From Eledone cirrhosa (lineage: Eukaryota), in contig OZ024746.1 of assembly GCA_964016885.1 (NCBI GenBank), positions 57,288,001-57,352,000 on the forward strand: DNA of 64,000 bases. The letters are read 5' to 3'. Positions 38,171 to 50,640 of this stretch are shown piece after piece (the stretch's first letter is position 1; each line of letters starts with the position of its first letter). The position numbers were made by a program, and so were the translations under genes. The notes under the pieces are model-generated. The model was not told the DNA's origin and searched no databases. It saw only the letters and a program-made list of their open reading frames with translations.

Positions 38171-41100
38171 TTATATTGACAGAATCTTCCTTAGTATATG
38201 GGCAGTTCCCATTAGTACTATCTTTTGTATTTCTCCTATACGCGGGTTTCCTGGGATTTGCGATAAGTAATCATTAGACCCCTTAGGTATCATTCCCAGA
38301 GCGCCTACAACCACTGGTATTGTTTTAGTTCTCAATTTCCACATTTTTGCAATTTCTATCTCCAGGTCCTTATACTTGCTCAATTTTTCAAATGTTTTTA
38401 TAGATACATTCTTGTCTATTGGAACGGACATATCAATTAGCAGGCATACCCTCTTTTTAAAGTCCTTCAGTATTATATCAGGTCTATTTGCATCTATTTT
38501 TCGGTCTGTTTGGATGCTAAAGTTCCACAAGATTGAGATGTGATCTTTTTCAAGTATGGGAGGTGGTTGATGCTCCCACCAATTCTTTTGACGGGGCAGG
38601 TCAAAATGCTTACACATTATCCAATGTATGTATTGTGCAGCTCTGTCATGCCTGTTTAGGTATCCGGTTGGAGCTATAGGACTGCACATTGAAATTATAT
38701 GGTCAATGGTCTCTGGTTGTTTTTTGCATACACGGCATAATGGGCTGCACCCATTTTTTATTATGTTGGCTTGGTAATTTTTTGTTGGCAGACACTGATC
38801 TTGTGCGGATATAATCAGTCCTTCAGTCTCCGATTTCAGTCCAGAGGATGCCAACCACTGATGGGTTAAAGTTTTGTCAACATCAGGATTGTTAGCTCGT
38901 TCTGGGTATTTTCCATACAGAGTCTTTTCTTGCCATTTCTTAGCCAGTTTCTGTAGCAGTTCTTTCTTTGCAGTTACTTTTACCTGCTTTGCTTTTTCTG
39001 TGTTTTCCATTTCAGCAGTAAATGGGACTTCTGAAATTTGTAGTCCATTACTGTATCTTTGTGCATCTTTTGTAATGGAATATGATCTTTTGGTGCTTTC
39101 GTGTTTCAAAACGAGTTTGATCATCCAATCATGTGATTCCCTTAGATATGTGGATAATCCAATTGTTGCAGTTTTCAACGCAATGTCTAACTGGATTAAC
39201 CCACGTCCTCCTTCTTTCCTAGGGAGATATATTCTATCTATGTCTGCCTTAGGGTGATGCATTCTGTGCATGGTTAAGAATTTTCGGATTTTTGTATCGA
39301 GCCTACGGATCTCTGTGCTTGACCAGTTGATGACATTGTAACTGTAGGTTACTACTAGTATGGCAAGCGTGTTTATGGCATCGATCCTATTCCTTGCATT
39401 CAATTCCGTTCTTAAGATTGCTCTGACTCTGCGGTAACATTCCTTCCTTATCCTTTCCCTCATTGTCGAGTGCTTGATTCCGTCTCCTTCACAAACACCT
39501 AGATATTTGTAAGTTTGTTCTTGATCAAGCTCTCTTATCACGTTCCCCCGATCAAGATTAATGTCTGAACTCTTCAGCAGCTTTCCTCTGGTGAACGTTG
39601 CTTTGGCGCATTTATCCGGTCCAAACTTCATTTTAATGTTATCACTGAACTGCTTCACAGTGGATAATAGCCCTTGCAATTGTTCATCATTTTTTGCAAA
39701 TAGTTTCAGGTCATCCATGTAGAACAGGTGATTAATGGTTTTGTCATAGACTCTATAGCCATGTTTTGTTTCATTGAGCATTTTACTTAATGGTATAAGT
39801 GCGATGCAGAATAAAAGCGGTGATAAAGAGTCACCCTGAAAAATTCCACAATTAATGTTAACTTCTCCAGCTTCCAGTGATTTTGTTTCACTATTCAAAA
39901 GGAGTGTCGTTCTCCATGTCCTCATACTGAATGACAAAAACCTCCTGACAACGGGGGATATTTTGAAAATCTCTAAACATTTTTCAATCCAACTGTGTGG
40001 CAAACTATCAAATGCTTTTTTATAATCTATCCAAGCAATCGATAGATTTTTGTGTCTATTATGACAATCTTCCAGTATCATTTTGTTAACCAGAAGCTGA
40101 TCCTTACAGCCATATGAGCCTCGTTTACACCCTTTCTGCTCAATGGGAAATAGGTCATTTGTTATCAGGTGGTCATATGTGTATTCAGTTAGGACTGATG
40201 TTAACATTTTATACATTGTGGTCAAGCAGGTTATCGGTCTGTAATTTTTGGGATTGTTTGTCTCATCATTCTTCGGTAGCAGGAATGTAATGCCGTTAAC
40301 TAGCCATGATGGTATCTTTTCTGGCTCCTTAACTATATCATTGTAAAGTTGGGCTAACAGCTCATGAGACTCTGTGAAGGCATTTATCCAAAAGTTTTGT
40401 ATTTTGTCTTTTCCTGGGGATTTCCATTTGCTGGTTTTTCTTAGAGCCAAGCGCAGCTGTTCAACTGTTATATTTTCCCATGTTTGTTCTTCAAGGTGAG
40501 CTGTTTCTTTCATTTGTCTGTCTATCCATTTGGCATGTATGTTATGAACTTTTTCTTCGGCCCAGATCTTTTCCCAGAATTCTTGCACTTCCTCCTTGGG
40601 TGGTATTGATTTAGCAGTTATTGTTGACTTACCAATTTTTCTGTAGAAGTTTCTTTGGTTGTTTTTGAACATATTATTGTCCTTATAGAATCTAGATCGT
40701 TTTTCAAAGCGCCTTATACGAGCAGCTTTGGCCGACACTTTTTGCTTGATTGTTTCTATCAGCATGTCTATGTCACATGTTGATCTTATACTGTACTTTT
40801 TTTTCAATTTTCTAAGTTTAGTTTGTTTAACATGTTCACCTACTTTATAGTTTGTTAAAATTTCTATGTCAGATCGGAGAAGGTTTATTTGGCGATTGAT
40901 TTTATCTTGCCAAGTAGATTTCTTGTGGGAATTCCTTTGTTTTTTCATCTTCACTCCACATAAGTGAGTGGTGACTTTAGCCGATGCATAATAGAGATGA
41001 TTTAAGTCAGTAATGTTTAGTTTGTTTGTGATGATAATGTTTTTGAGAATTATGTTAGTCTTGTGTATTATCTTTTGGTTCTGTTTGGAGTTCTGGATCT

Positions 41101-41822
41101 TAGGGAGGGTGTCTCGTTCCCCCATGTCAGATTCTTTCATTTTCATCCATTCGATCATAATTTCATCCTTCAAGTTGGCAAGTTCATTCTCATTCATTTC
41201 TTTATCATTTACGATCTCATTATTTTCATTTGGAGTTTCATCCTGAGCATGCACTCCCTCCACTTTTTTCGCTCCTTTCTTTAATTTGTTCTGTTGCCAG
41301 TGATTCCGCCCCGACCCTGGGATTCGAGGTGTTACAGTTTACCTCGTTTTCACTGACACATGCTTCATTTTCCCTTCGCTGTCTTTGTGCTACTAGCTTG
41401 ATCTGATCAATTTCTATATCAGTTAGTAACTTTTTTCTTACAATATTTCTTCGTATATTGGCTAGTTTGTTACTGTCAATATAGCCTCTGTTTTCGGGAT
41501 GTTTCTTTTTCCAGTTGATATATGTTTGTTCTGTATTCGATGTATTTGATGGGTAGTACATGGCAGTGTAGAAAGCCTCAAGGACTTCTTTATTATCTTC
41601 CCTTGACCATTTTTCTCTCTTTTTCTTTGGATTTCTTGGTGGTGAGCATGGAGGGCCAACAGTAGGAGTATTCCGGTTATGGGAGGTCTCCAGCTCCGAA
41701 GTGATGGGAAGGTTTGAACCATTAGCTGATTTTTCGACCCCAGTCTGGTTCCTCTCTGAGGGACGCGGCCCTTTTTTACCCGGGTGACGGCCGATCCGGT
41801 ATGAGATTTCATCATTAGACAT
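38171..41822 (-). CDS. Single-ORF protein: N-terminal Myb-like region, RT, CCHC and restriction-like (PD..D/E-K) endonuclease; one frameshift near 41240-41265
   Basis: KWSREDNKEVLEAF in 41238-41822. In 38171-41263: [46 protein letters not shown]...LID...K..KY. Confidence 0.9.
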
Positions 41823-41887
41823 CTACTTTATTTTGTCGCGTTTTATCCTTATCCGCCAAGGGGTAATCATTTCGTGTTACCACTTCT

Positions 41888-41976
41888 AGAACGAGTGTCA
41901 ACCAAGACTAGAGGGGTCGTTCTCCCCTAGAGACATGGCTATTCCCCGCCGGCCGCCATCCCGGTATTTCTTGGTC
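41888..41976 (-). ncRNA. Candidate HDV-like ribozyme / double pseudoknot at the 5' end of Dong-B
   Basis: P1 GACCAA/UUGGUU opening with a G-U wobble, P2 AGAAC/GUUCU, P3 GAC/GUC with a 7-nt loop, no P4. The catalytic core is non-canonical. Confidence 0.45.
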
Positions 41977-42061
41977 ACGGGGTTTTCTTTTTGTTGTTTT
42001 TTTTAAATTGTTATTATCATGAGTGGTTCCTTAATGTGAGCATTGCGTGGCTTAAGAATGA

Positions 42062-42118
42062 AATTATTAATAATTGTCTCCACTCCAGGCACAAGGCCAG
42101 CAATCACCCAGTGCATTA
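42062..42118 (-). mobile_element. SINE 3' fragment
   Basis: Reverse complement reads TAATGCACTGGGTGATTGCTGGCCTTGTGCC...ACAATTATT, matching the SINE tail. Confidence 0.7.
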
Positions 42119-42569
42119 CAATAATATAATAAACTTTTTGTTGTAGTTGGCTGTTATTGCTGCTGGCTATGTCGGTGGTGGTGCCGGATCTTTTTATATT
42201 GTTGGTGAGGAAGGGGTGAGCCAGCAGTCCCATAATTGTTGATGTAGACGTTTGTCCGTGGCAAGGTCACCAAGTCAATCTGTTTATATATTTTGCTAGC
42301 CTCTCTCTTGTCTAGTGCTACCGCCACCTTCCCTTTTGTCTCTCAAGTTAACAGGGGAATAGTGTCAGTAGTATTGAATGAGTGGTGGCGGCGATGATGG
42401 ATGTGGTGGGGTGGTGGCAGCGGTGGTGTTGTGGTTACTGATATAGTATCTATGAGTTTGTGTTCGTATGTTTAATATATATTTTCATTATATTTTGTGT
42501 TGACATATTCCCGTAAAATTTGAATTAAACATTTTTTAAAATTTGAGACAATAATAATAGTAATTATTA

Positions 42570-42795
42570 TTATGATGCCGGTGAAGTTGCCGTTATATTT
42601 AGTGTGATGGGATAGGTAGTGTATCAAGTTTCTGGTGTTGGTGAAATTGAAATTGCCGCTGTTCTATATAGTGTAGACAGAGGGTGTTTTGTTCCATTTA
42701 TAACCATTTTCTTTTTTTAAATACAAAATATATAATACAAAATTGAATATTTGAGCGATACAACAATATAATATGGATCCGAAACTTTATGGGAC

Positions 42796-42797
<2 letters not shown>
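42570..42797 (-). mobile_element. Diverged Dong family A 5'UTR segment
   Basis: Collinear with 47300-47556 (TATCxAGTTTCTGGTGTTGGTGA, CTATATAGTGTAGACAGAGG, TTGAATATTTGAGC). Confidence 0.75.
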
Positions 42798-42846
<49 letters not shown>

Positions 42847-42847
42847 G

Positions 42848-43089
42848 TTGTTATTCCTTGAATCTCAGTCATTGATGTTGGTTAACTGGAAAGTCCGTTG
42901 GATTGAATATCAAGCCACTACCTGCAGCCTCAGATATTCAGGACGTACAATACAAAGTTGAATATTTGAATATTTGAGCCTTATAACAATATATTTTGGG
43001 TCCGAATTTTTTTGGGCTCAAGCCGGGTGCTTTACGCAGCATTTGTACTAAGAGTTGTTATTTCACAAATGATTTAAATATGTTAAAAA
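42848..43089 (-). mobile_element. ~240 bp internally deleted Dong-A derivative (5' end fused to 3' end)
   Basis: 42944-43089 matches the A 5' end (47481-47625), and 42848-42946 matches the A 3' end. (TTA)n on both sides. Confidence 0.85.
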
Positions 43090-43113
43090 TTATTATTATT
43101 ATTATTATTATTA

Positions 43114-46100
43114 CCGTCACCGTTATTCCCTGAATCTCAGTCATTGATGTTGGTTAACTGGAAAGTCCGTTGGAATGAATATCAAGCCACTATCTGCAGC
43201 CTCAGATATTCAGGACGTATCGGAGGGTTCTTGCTGTTCCCAGCAAGCATGCCTTTTGAAGCGTTCCAAAAAGCGTGAAGGGGCCGATTTTCTTTAACCA
43301 TCCCTGGAAACTTTTGGAGATAGTCCCCAGTGCGCCTATGACAATCGGGATCACTTTGACTTCATGGCAGTTCCAAATCCTTTTCACCTCCCACTTTAGG
43401 TCCTGGTATCGGTTAATTTTCTCCCTCTCCTTCTCTTGCACTCTCGTGTCGAACGGGCAGGCCACATCCACAATCAGACACGATCTTTTTTCTTTGTCCA
43501 CAACCACCAGGTCAGGTCTATTGTGTTCCAGTTTTTTGTCCGTCTATATCCTAAAATCCCACAGCACCTTCACCTGATTGTTCTCCATCACCGCCTCTGG
43601 TCTATGCTCATACCATTTCTCAGAATGTGGTAAATTGTTTACTTTGCACAGGTGCCAGTGGATCACCCTGCCCATCACATCGTGTCTCCAGCCCTTATAG
43701 TGGGTCTGGGCTAGGTGTTTACACTCGGACACAATGTGAGCCACAGTCTCCTCTCTCTCTCCACAGATCCTGCACAGTGGGCTAGCCTCCTCCTTGTAAA
43801 TATGGTGCTTCAACCACTTCGTTTTGAGGGCCTGCTCCTGCGCAGCCATTAGCATTCCTTCTGTAGCCTTTTTGAGGTCTCCTCTTCTCAACCAGTTCCA
43901 TGTCTGTGGATCTCTAAATTCAGTTTTCTCAAAGAAGGTACTATGAAGGGATTTTCCCTTAAGGCTGCTCTTCCTCTTTGATGTTATTTCCTCCTTGGAC
44001 ATCCCCTGGCCTACTGTCCCCTCCTTCAGTACAGTTCTGAGCATTGGCTCCTTACTATAGGTCACGTATTTGTATAGGTTGTTTTTCTCCATCTGAACAC
44101 AGTCCTCTATGCTGATAAGACCTCTTCCACCCTCAGATCTCCTTAGGTAGAGTCTATCGACATCACTCCTCTTGTGGAACATGTTGTAGATAGTCAATAG
44201 CTTCCTAGTCTTCCTATCCATTTCTTTTTGTTCAGCAACATTCCATCTCAGAATTCCCGCACTGTACCTAATAATAGACACAGCTCGGGAATTTACTGCG
44301 CTTATGGCATTTCTGCTGTTCAGATGTGACTTCAATACGCTCCTTACTCTCCGAATGTATTCAGTTCTTAACAATTCCTTCATTTTTTTGTTCTTTATGC
44401 CATCAGCCTCCAGAACGCCCAAATACTTGTATCCTTCCTCAGAGTCAATTTCCTTTATCATCTCACCTGTTGGTATCTGGATTCCGTTACTTCTGCTCAA
44501 CCTACCCCTCCTCATCACAATGACTCCACATTTACCAATACCAAACTGCATACATATATCACTGCTGAAAATACGGACAGTGTGAACAAGCACATCCAAC
44601 TCCTTCTCACTTTCCCGAAGAGCTTAAGATCGTCCATGAAGAGGAGGTGATTGATGGTAAGCTCTCCCCTTCCCAACTTGTATCCTGCTCTCACTTTTCG
44701 CAGCATAATGGTCAAGGGCATCAGGGCAAGGACAAACAACAGAGGGGACAGGCTATCTCCCTGGAAGATACCTCTCTTGATCTTCACGCTCCCCAAGGAT
44801 ACTCCAGTTGACGTCAACTCTGTCTCCCAGGACCCCATACTCCTGCCTAGCAACTGTCTGATGTTATCTGCCACCCTGAAGATCTCCAGGCTTTTGGTGA
44901 TCCAAGAATGAGGCACCATGTCAAATGCCTTTCTGTAGTCTATCCATCCCATGGCAAGATCAGTGTGCCTCCTCCTGCAATTCCCCATTACCATCTTATC
45001 AATAAGTAACTGGTCCTTTGTACCCCGTGACTTCTTTCGGCATCCTTTCTGTTCTTCCGGTAACAAGTTGTTTGTGTGGAGGTGATGGTAGATTTCCTCA
45101 GACACAATGCTCGTCAACAGTTTCCACATTACGGACAGACATGTGATAGGTCTATAGTTGGTAACATCATTACCCTTGATTCGGTCTTTCTTTATCAGAA
45201 CTGTGGTACCTTTTGTCAACCACTCTGGCACCTCACCCGACACCAAGCAGTCATTGAACATGGCCGTCAGCTTCGGGTGGAGGGATGTTAAATGTTTGAT
45301 CCAATACCCTGCACACCATCTGGGCCTGGTGATTTCCAGTTGGTTAGTTTTTTTGGCCTGCCCCTTAAGAGTTTCAACTGTGATACTCAAATCAGTTTGT
45401 TGTTGTGCCTGCTCACCGATCTCCCTCTGTACTGTCTCAATCCACCCTGCCTGGACATTATGTCTAACATCCTGCTCCCATATTCCTCTCCAGAATGTTT
45501 TAGTTTGCTCCGCCCCAGGGATCAAGTCGTTGCCTCTTTCTTTCCCCTCAAGCTGTCCAAACAGCATCTTCTGGTTGTTGTCGAACATGCGGTTCTGTTT
45601 ATACTGACTGACTCTGTTCTCGTATCGCCTGATTTTTGCACTCTTTGCTACAATGCGTTGCTTCAGTTCCTATATGATAATATTTAGCTTTTTCCTCCTA
45701 GTTTTGTATTTTATTTCCAGTCTATTTTTAGTGCCTATGTTTTTTAGTGTCCCATTCAGTAGTGACTCAAGCTTTCCTATCATTTCTCATTTCCCCGATT
45801 TGCCCACTCAGTCGTTTCTTCCACCACGGCTCTGCTCTTTCTTGTCTGTTGTTTCCTCTCGCTTTTATACCAATTAGTTTCCTCACCGTATTTGCTGTTG
45901 CTTTGAGGATATTGTTGCACTGGTGAAGGCTCCTCGCCTCAAGGTATGGGATGACTTTGTTTACCTTAGCTGTTGTTTCTTTTAACTTTTTCCTGTCTAC
46001 AAATCTTAGGTTCATAGGTCTCCCACTATCATTGTTCAATTCATCTACCACTAAATTTAGGATGTCAACCGAATCTTGTCCTAGCCCGTCAGCATTCATC

Positions 46101-47625
46101 TCCTCAGTGGCCGTATCTCTGTTCCAGGTATTATTTATCTCAGTATTCAGATTATTGTCTGCTTCGGGTGGTTCCTCCGTTCTCAGGACCTCTTCACCTT
46201 CATTTCCCACTGGCTCGCTTGTCTGGCATACTACACCCGCCATCTCCAAGCCATTCTCTCTGCTCAGTTCCTCCAGTTCCAGCTCGCTTATCCACCCATT
46301 AGTTCTTATTACCCGAGCCTGCCCGGCCAATTTTTGTTCATCTAATTTAAATAAACCAATCTCGTTCCAGATGTTATGCATCCGTCTCCTGTAGCCCCTC
46401 TCCTTGGGGTTACTTTTCAGGTAACATTGCATAACAGTTCTATTCAATTATTTCGTCCAGTTGGTTCTGGCCCCTTTCCTTCTTCTCCTTCCTCCAACAT
46501 CGGCAGTATTTGGTTAACAGTCAGGTTCCTGCTGCTGAGCCAGGGGGCACCTGTTGGGTGAGAGTCTGTCACATGACGTTCTAGTCTCCATTTCACTGTT
46601 ATTCGAACTGTTTATGTTCGATATTTAAACACTCTTATCGAGGATTGGCGAATGTATGGTTACATAGCCATCTGTGGATCCGCCATTCCACTTGGCCCTT
46701 GTGTGGCATTATCACCACGCTGTATACGAACACACATAAACAAACAAACACACAGGCAGAAAGGGCCCCAAAAATGAATAAGCATAAGTTTCATTGTAAT
46801 GTAGTGTTCGAATGTCTGACTTAGTTTTTGTTTTTTAAGTTTTAGTTCCCCCCCCCCCCCCCCTCTTCTCTGTCCGTCCACCTGCTTCTCTCTTCATTCT
46901 TATTTTCTTTACGTTTTTTGGGTTTTTTTTTTTTGTTTTGGTTTTGGTTTTTCTCTGTTTGTTTTTTCTCGTTTTTTGCTGTTGTTGCTGTGCTGCTTTG
47001 GTTTTGTTGTTTGTTTTTTCTTTTTTCTTTTGAGTCTATCTATATATTTTGATGCCTTCCTCTTTTTTAGCAGTAGGGATTCTATAATGTGGTGGCAGCA
47101 GCCAGCAGGGAGATGTGGGGGACTGGCGGCTGTAGCGATACTGAGACAGTGGTGGTGTTGATGTCGATACCGAGGCAGTGGTGGCGGTGATGTGACCGTA
47201 TACTGTAGTGATGGTGCTGTAGCGGTGGTAGCAGTGAAGGAGTGAAGGGGTGGCGGCGGCGGCGATGAGATAATGGTGGTAATGATGGCCGTAGTGAGCG
47301 GTGGTGGTGAAAATGCCGTTATCTGGCTGTTGTGTTTAGTGTACACAGGTGATGGGGTGGGTGGTGTATCTAGTTTCTGGTGTTGGTGAGTTTGGCTGTT
47401 CTATATAGTGTAGACAGAGGAGAGGAGGGGGGTGGGGTTCTTCTTCCATTTATAGCCATTTTCGTTTTTGGATATACAGTGTACAATACAAAGTTGAATA
47501 TTTGAATATTTGAGCCTTATAACAATATATTTTGGGTCCGAATTTTTTTGGGCTCAAGCCGGGTGCTTTACGCAGCATTTGTACTAAGAGTTGTTATTTC
47601 ACAAATGATTTAAATATGTTAAAAA
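43114..47625 (-). mobile_element. Full-length R4/Dong-type element (family A) with several frameshifts
   Basis: ~1 kb 5'UTR. ORF pieces 46591 to 43202 contain [43 protein letters not shown] and an RLE tail (LIVDVACP...KINRY). Flanked by (TAA)n. Confidence 0.92.
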
Positions 47626-47649
47626 TTATTATTATTATTATTATTATTA

Positions 47650-49658
47650 CCGTCACCGTTATTCCCTGAATCTCAGTCATTGATGTTGGTTAACTGGAAA
47701 GTCCGTTGGAATGAATATCAAGCCACTATCTGCAGCCTCAGATATTCAGGACGTATCGGAGGGTTCTTGCTGTTCCCAGCAAGCATGCCTTTTGAAGCGT
47801 TCCAAAAAGCGTGAAGGGGCCGATTTTCTTTAACCATCCCTGGAAACTTTTGGAGATAGTCCCCAGTGCGCCTATGACAATCGGGATCACTTTGACTTCA
47901 TGGCAGTTCCAAATCCTTTTTACCTCCCACTTTAAATCCTGGTATCGGTTAATTTTCTCCCTCTCCTTCTCTTGCACTCTCGTGTCGAATGGGCAGGCCA
48001 CATCCACAATCAGACACGATCTTTTTTCTTTGTCCACAACCACCAGGTCAGGTCTATTGTGTTCCAGTTTCTTGTCCGTCCGTATCCTAAAATCCCACAG
48101 CACCTTCACTGATCGTTCTCCATCACCGCCTCTGGCTTATGCTCATACCATTTCTCAGAATGTGGTAAATTGTTTACTTTGCCCAGGTGCCAGTGGACCA
48201 CCCTGCCCATCACATCATGTATCCAGCTCTTATAGTGAGTCTGGGCTAGGTGTTTACACTAGGATACAATGTGAGCCACAGTCTCCTCTCTCTCTCTCCA
48301 CAGATCCTGCACAGTAGGCTAGCCTCCTCCTTGTAAATATGGTGTTTCAATCACTTCGTTTTGAGGGCCTCCTCCTGCGCAGCCATTAACATTCCTTCTG
48401 TAGCCTTTTTGAGGTCTCCTCTTTTCAACCAGTTCCATGTCTGTGGATCTCTAAATTCAGTTTTCTCAAAGAAGGTACTATGAAGGGATTTTTCCTGACG
48501 GCTGCTCTTTCTCCTTGGACATCTCCTGGTCTATTGTCCTATCCTTCAGTACAGTTCTAAGTATTGGCTCCTTACTATCAGTCACGTATTTGTGTAGGTT
48601 GTTTTTCTCCATCTGAACATAGTCCTCTATGCTGATAAGACCTCTTCGACCTTCAGATCTCCTTAAGTAGAGTTTATCGACATCACTCCTCTCGTGGAAC
48701 ATGTTGTAGATAGTCAATAGCTTCCTAGTATTCCTATCCATTTCTTTTTGTTCAGCAACATTCCATCTCAGAATTCCCGCATTGTACCTAATAATAGACA
48801 CAGCACAGGAATTTATTGCACTTATGGCATTCCTACTGTTCAGATGTGACTTTAATACGCTCCTTACTCTCCGAATGTATTCAGTTCTTATCAATTCCTT
48901 CATTTTTTTTATTCTTGATGTCATCAGCCTCCAGAACGCCCAAATACTTGTATCCTTCCTCAGAGTCAATTTCCTTTATCATCTCACCTGTTGTTATCTG
49001 GATTCCGTTACTTCTGCTCAACTTACCCCTCCTCATCACAATGACTCCACACTTACTAATACCAAATTGCATACATATATAATTGCTGAAAATACGGACA
49101 GTGTCAACAAGCACATCCAACTCCATCTCACTCTTCCCGAAGAGCTTAAGATCGTCCATGAAGAGGGGGTGATTGATGGTAAGCCCTCCCTTTCCCAACC
49201 TGTATCCTGCTCTCACTTTTCGCAGTACACTGGTCAGGGGCATCAGGGCAAGGACAAACAACAGAGGGGACAGACTATCTCCCTGGAAGATACCTCTCTT
49301 AATCTTCACGCTTCCCAAGGATTCTCCAGTTGATGTTAACTCTGTTTCCCAGGACTTCTTACTTTTGCCCAACAACTGCCTGATGTTATCTGCCACCTTG
49401 ACGATCGCTAGGCTTCTGGTGATCCAAAAATGTGGCACCATGTCAAATGCCTTTTTGTAGTCTATCCATCCCATGGCAAGACTAGTGTGTCTCCTCTTGC
49501 AATTCCTCATTACCATCTTATCAATAAGTAACTGGTCCTTTGTACCCCGTGACTTCTTTCGGCATCCTTTCTGTTCCTCCGGAACAAGTTGTTTGTGTGG
49601 AGGTGATGGTAGATTTCCTCAGACATAATGCTTGTCAACAGTTTCCACATTACGGACA
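47650..49658 (-). mobile_element. 5'-truncated Dong-A copy
   Basis: RT to RLE region ([21 protein letters not shown]). Truncated at 49658 against a (TAA)n tract. Confidence 0.9.
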
Positions 49659-49689
<31 letters not shown>

Positions 49690-49712
49690 TATTACTATTA
49701 TTATTATTACTA

Positions 49713-50640
49713 TCGTTTTCTTGAAGTCTCTGTCATCGAAGTTATTTAGCTGACATTTATGTTCAAATGTACATCAATCCACTACTGGCAGCCTCTGATA
49801 TTCAGGACATACCGAAGGGTTCTTGCTGTTCCCGGGAATCATGCCTTTTGGAGTGTTCCAAACTAGCGAGATAGTACCTAGTGCTCCTATGACAATCGGG
49901 AGCTTGATCTCCTCACTGTCCCAAATCATTTTTAATTCCCTTGGTTAATTTTCTCCTTCTCCTTTTCTTGCACACTTGTACCAAAGTCTACAATCAAGCA
50001 AGATATTCTTTCATTGGCAAAATCCAGCAGGCGAGGCTTATTGTGTGTTTCTTGTTTGTCATTTTGTATCCTCGAAGCGCACAACACCCTCAGCCGGCCG
50101 CTCTCTATCACAGACACTTGGTTATGCTTGTACCATCTCTCAGAATGGAGTAATTTTTGGTTTGTATGAATACAAGAGAACGACTTTTCATACGATGTCA
50201 TGCCTGCATCATTTATAGTGTGTTTGGGCTAGGTGTTTTCACTGGGATACGATATGAGCCACAGTTTCCCCTCTCTCCTTCAATATCTTACTATGCATGC
50301 TACCCTTCTCCTTATCAATATGATGTTTCTGAATTCTGTTTTTTTTTTCAAGAAGATGCCATGGAAGGCCTTTTTCATTCAGGCTGTTCTTCATCTTTGT
50401 TGTTACTTGTTTCTTTGACATCCAGTGGGCTATTGTCTTCTTCTTCAATACAGACTTAAACATTGGCTAATTTCTCTCAGGCATATATTTGTATAAACAG
50501 CTCTTCACAATCTGAACACAGTGCTCCACGCTGATAAAGCGTTTTCAGCTTCAGATCTATTTAAGTACAGTCTATTAAGATAATCCTTATTATGAAACAT
50601 ACTGTAGGTACTCATTAATTTGTTCTTGTTGTTGGAGTGA
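49713..50640 (-). mobile_element. Old, degraded Dong-A-like 3' fragment
   Basis: Residual similarity to the A 3' end (ETVAHIVS, HSERWYKH, GTARTLR-type tail and 3'UTR). Adjoins (TTA)n at 49659-49712. Confidence 0.75.

Larger units (their letters stand above)
37918..41985 (-). mobile_element. Near-intact R4/Dong-type element (family B)
   Basis: Structured 5'UTR, a single long ORF with one frameshift, and a 3'UTR ending ...ATGCAACTG followed by (TAA)n. Confidence 0.9.

Noticed and set aside
21515-49712. Array as telomere-type retrotransposons (TRAS/SART-like)
   Set aside because: The spacer repeat is (TTA)n, not TTAGG or TTAGGG, and ordinary sequence flanks both sides, although the opposite-polarity arrangement is analogous.
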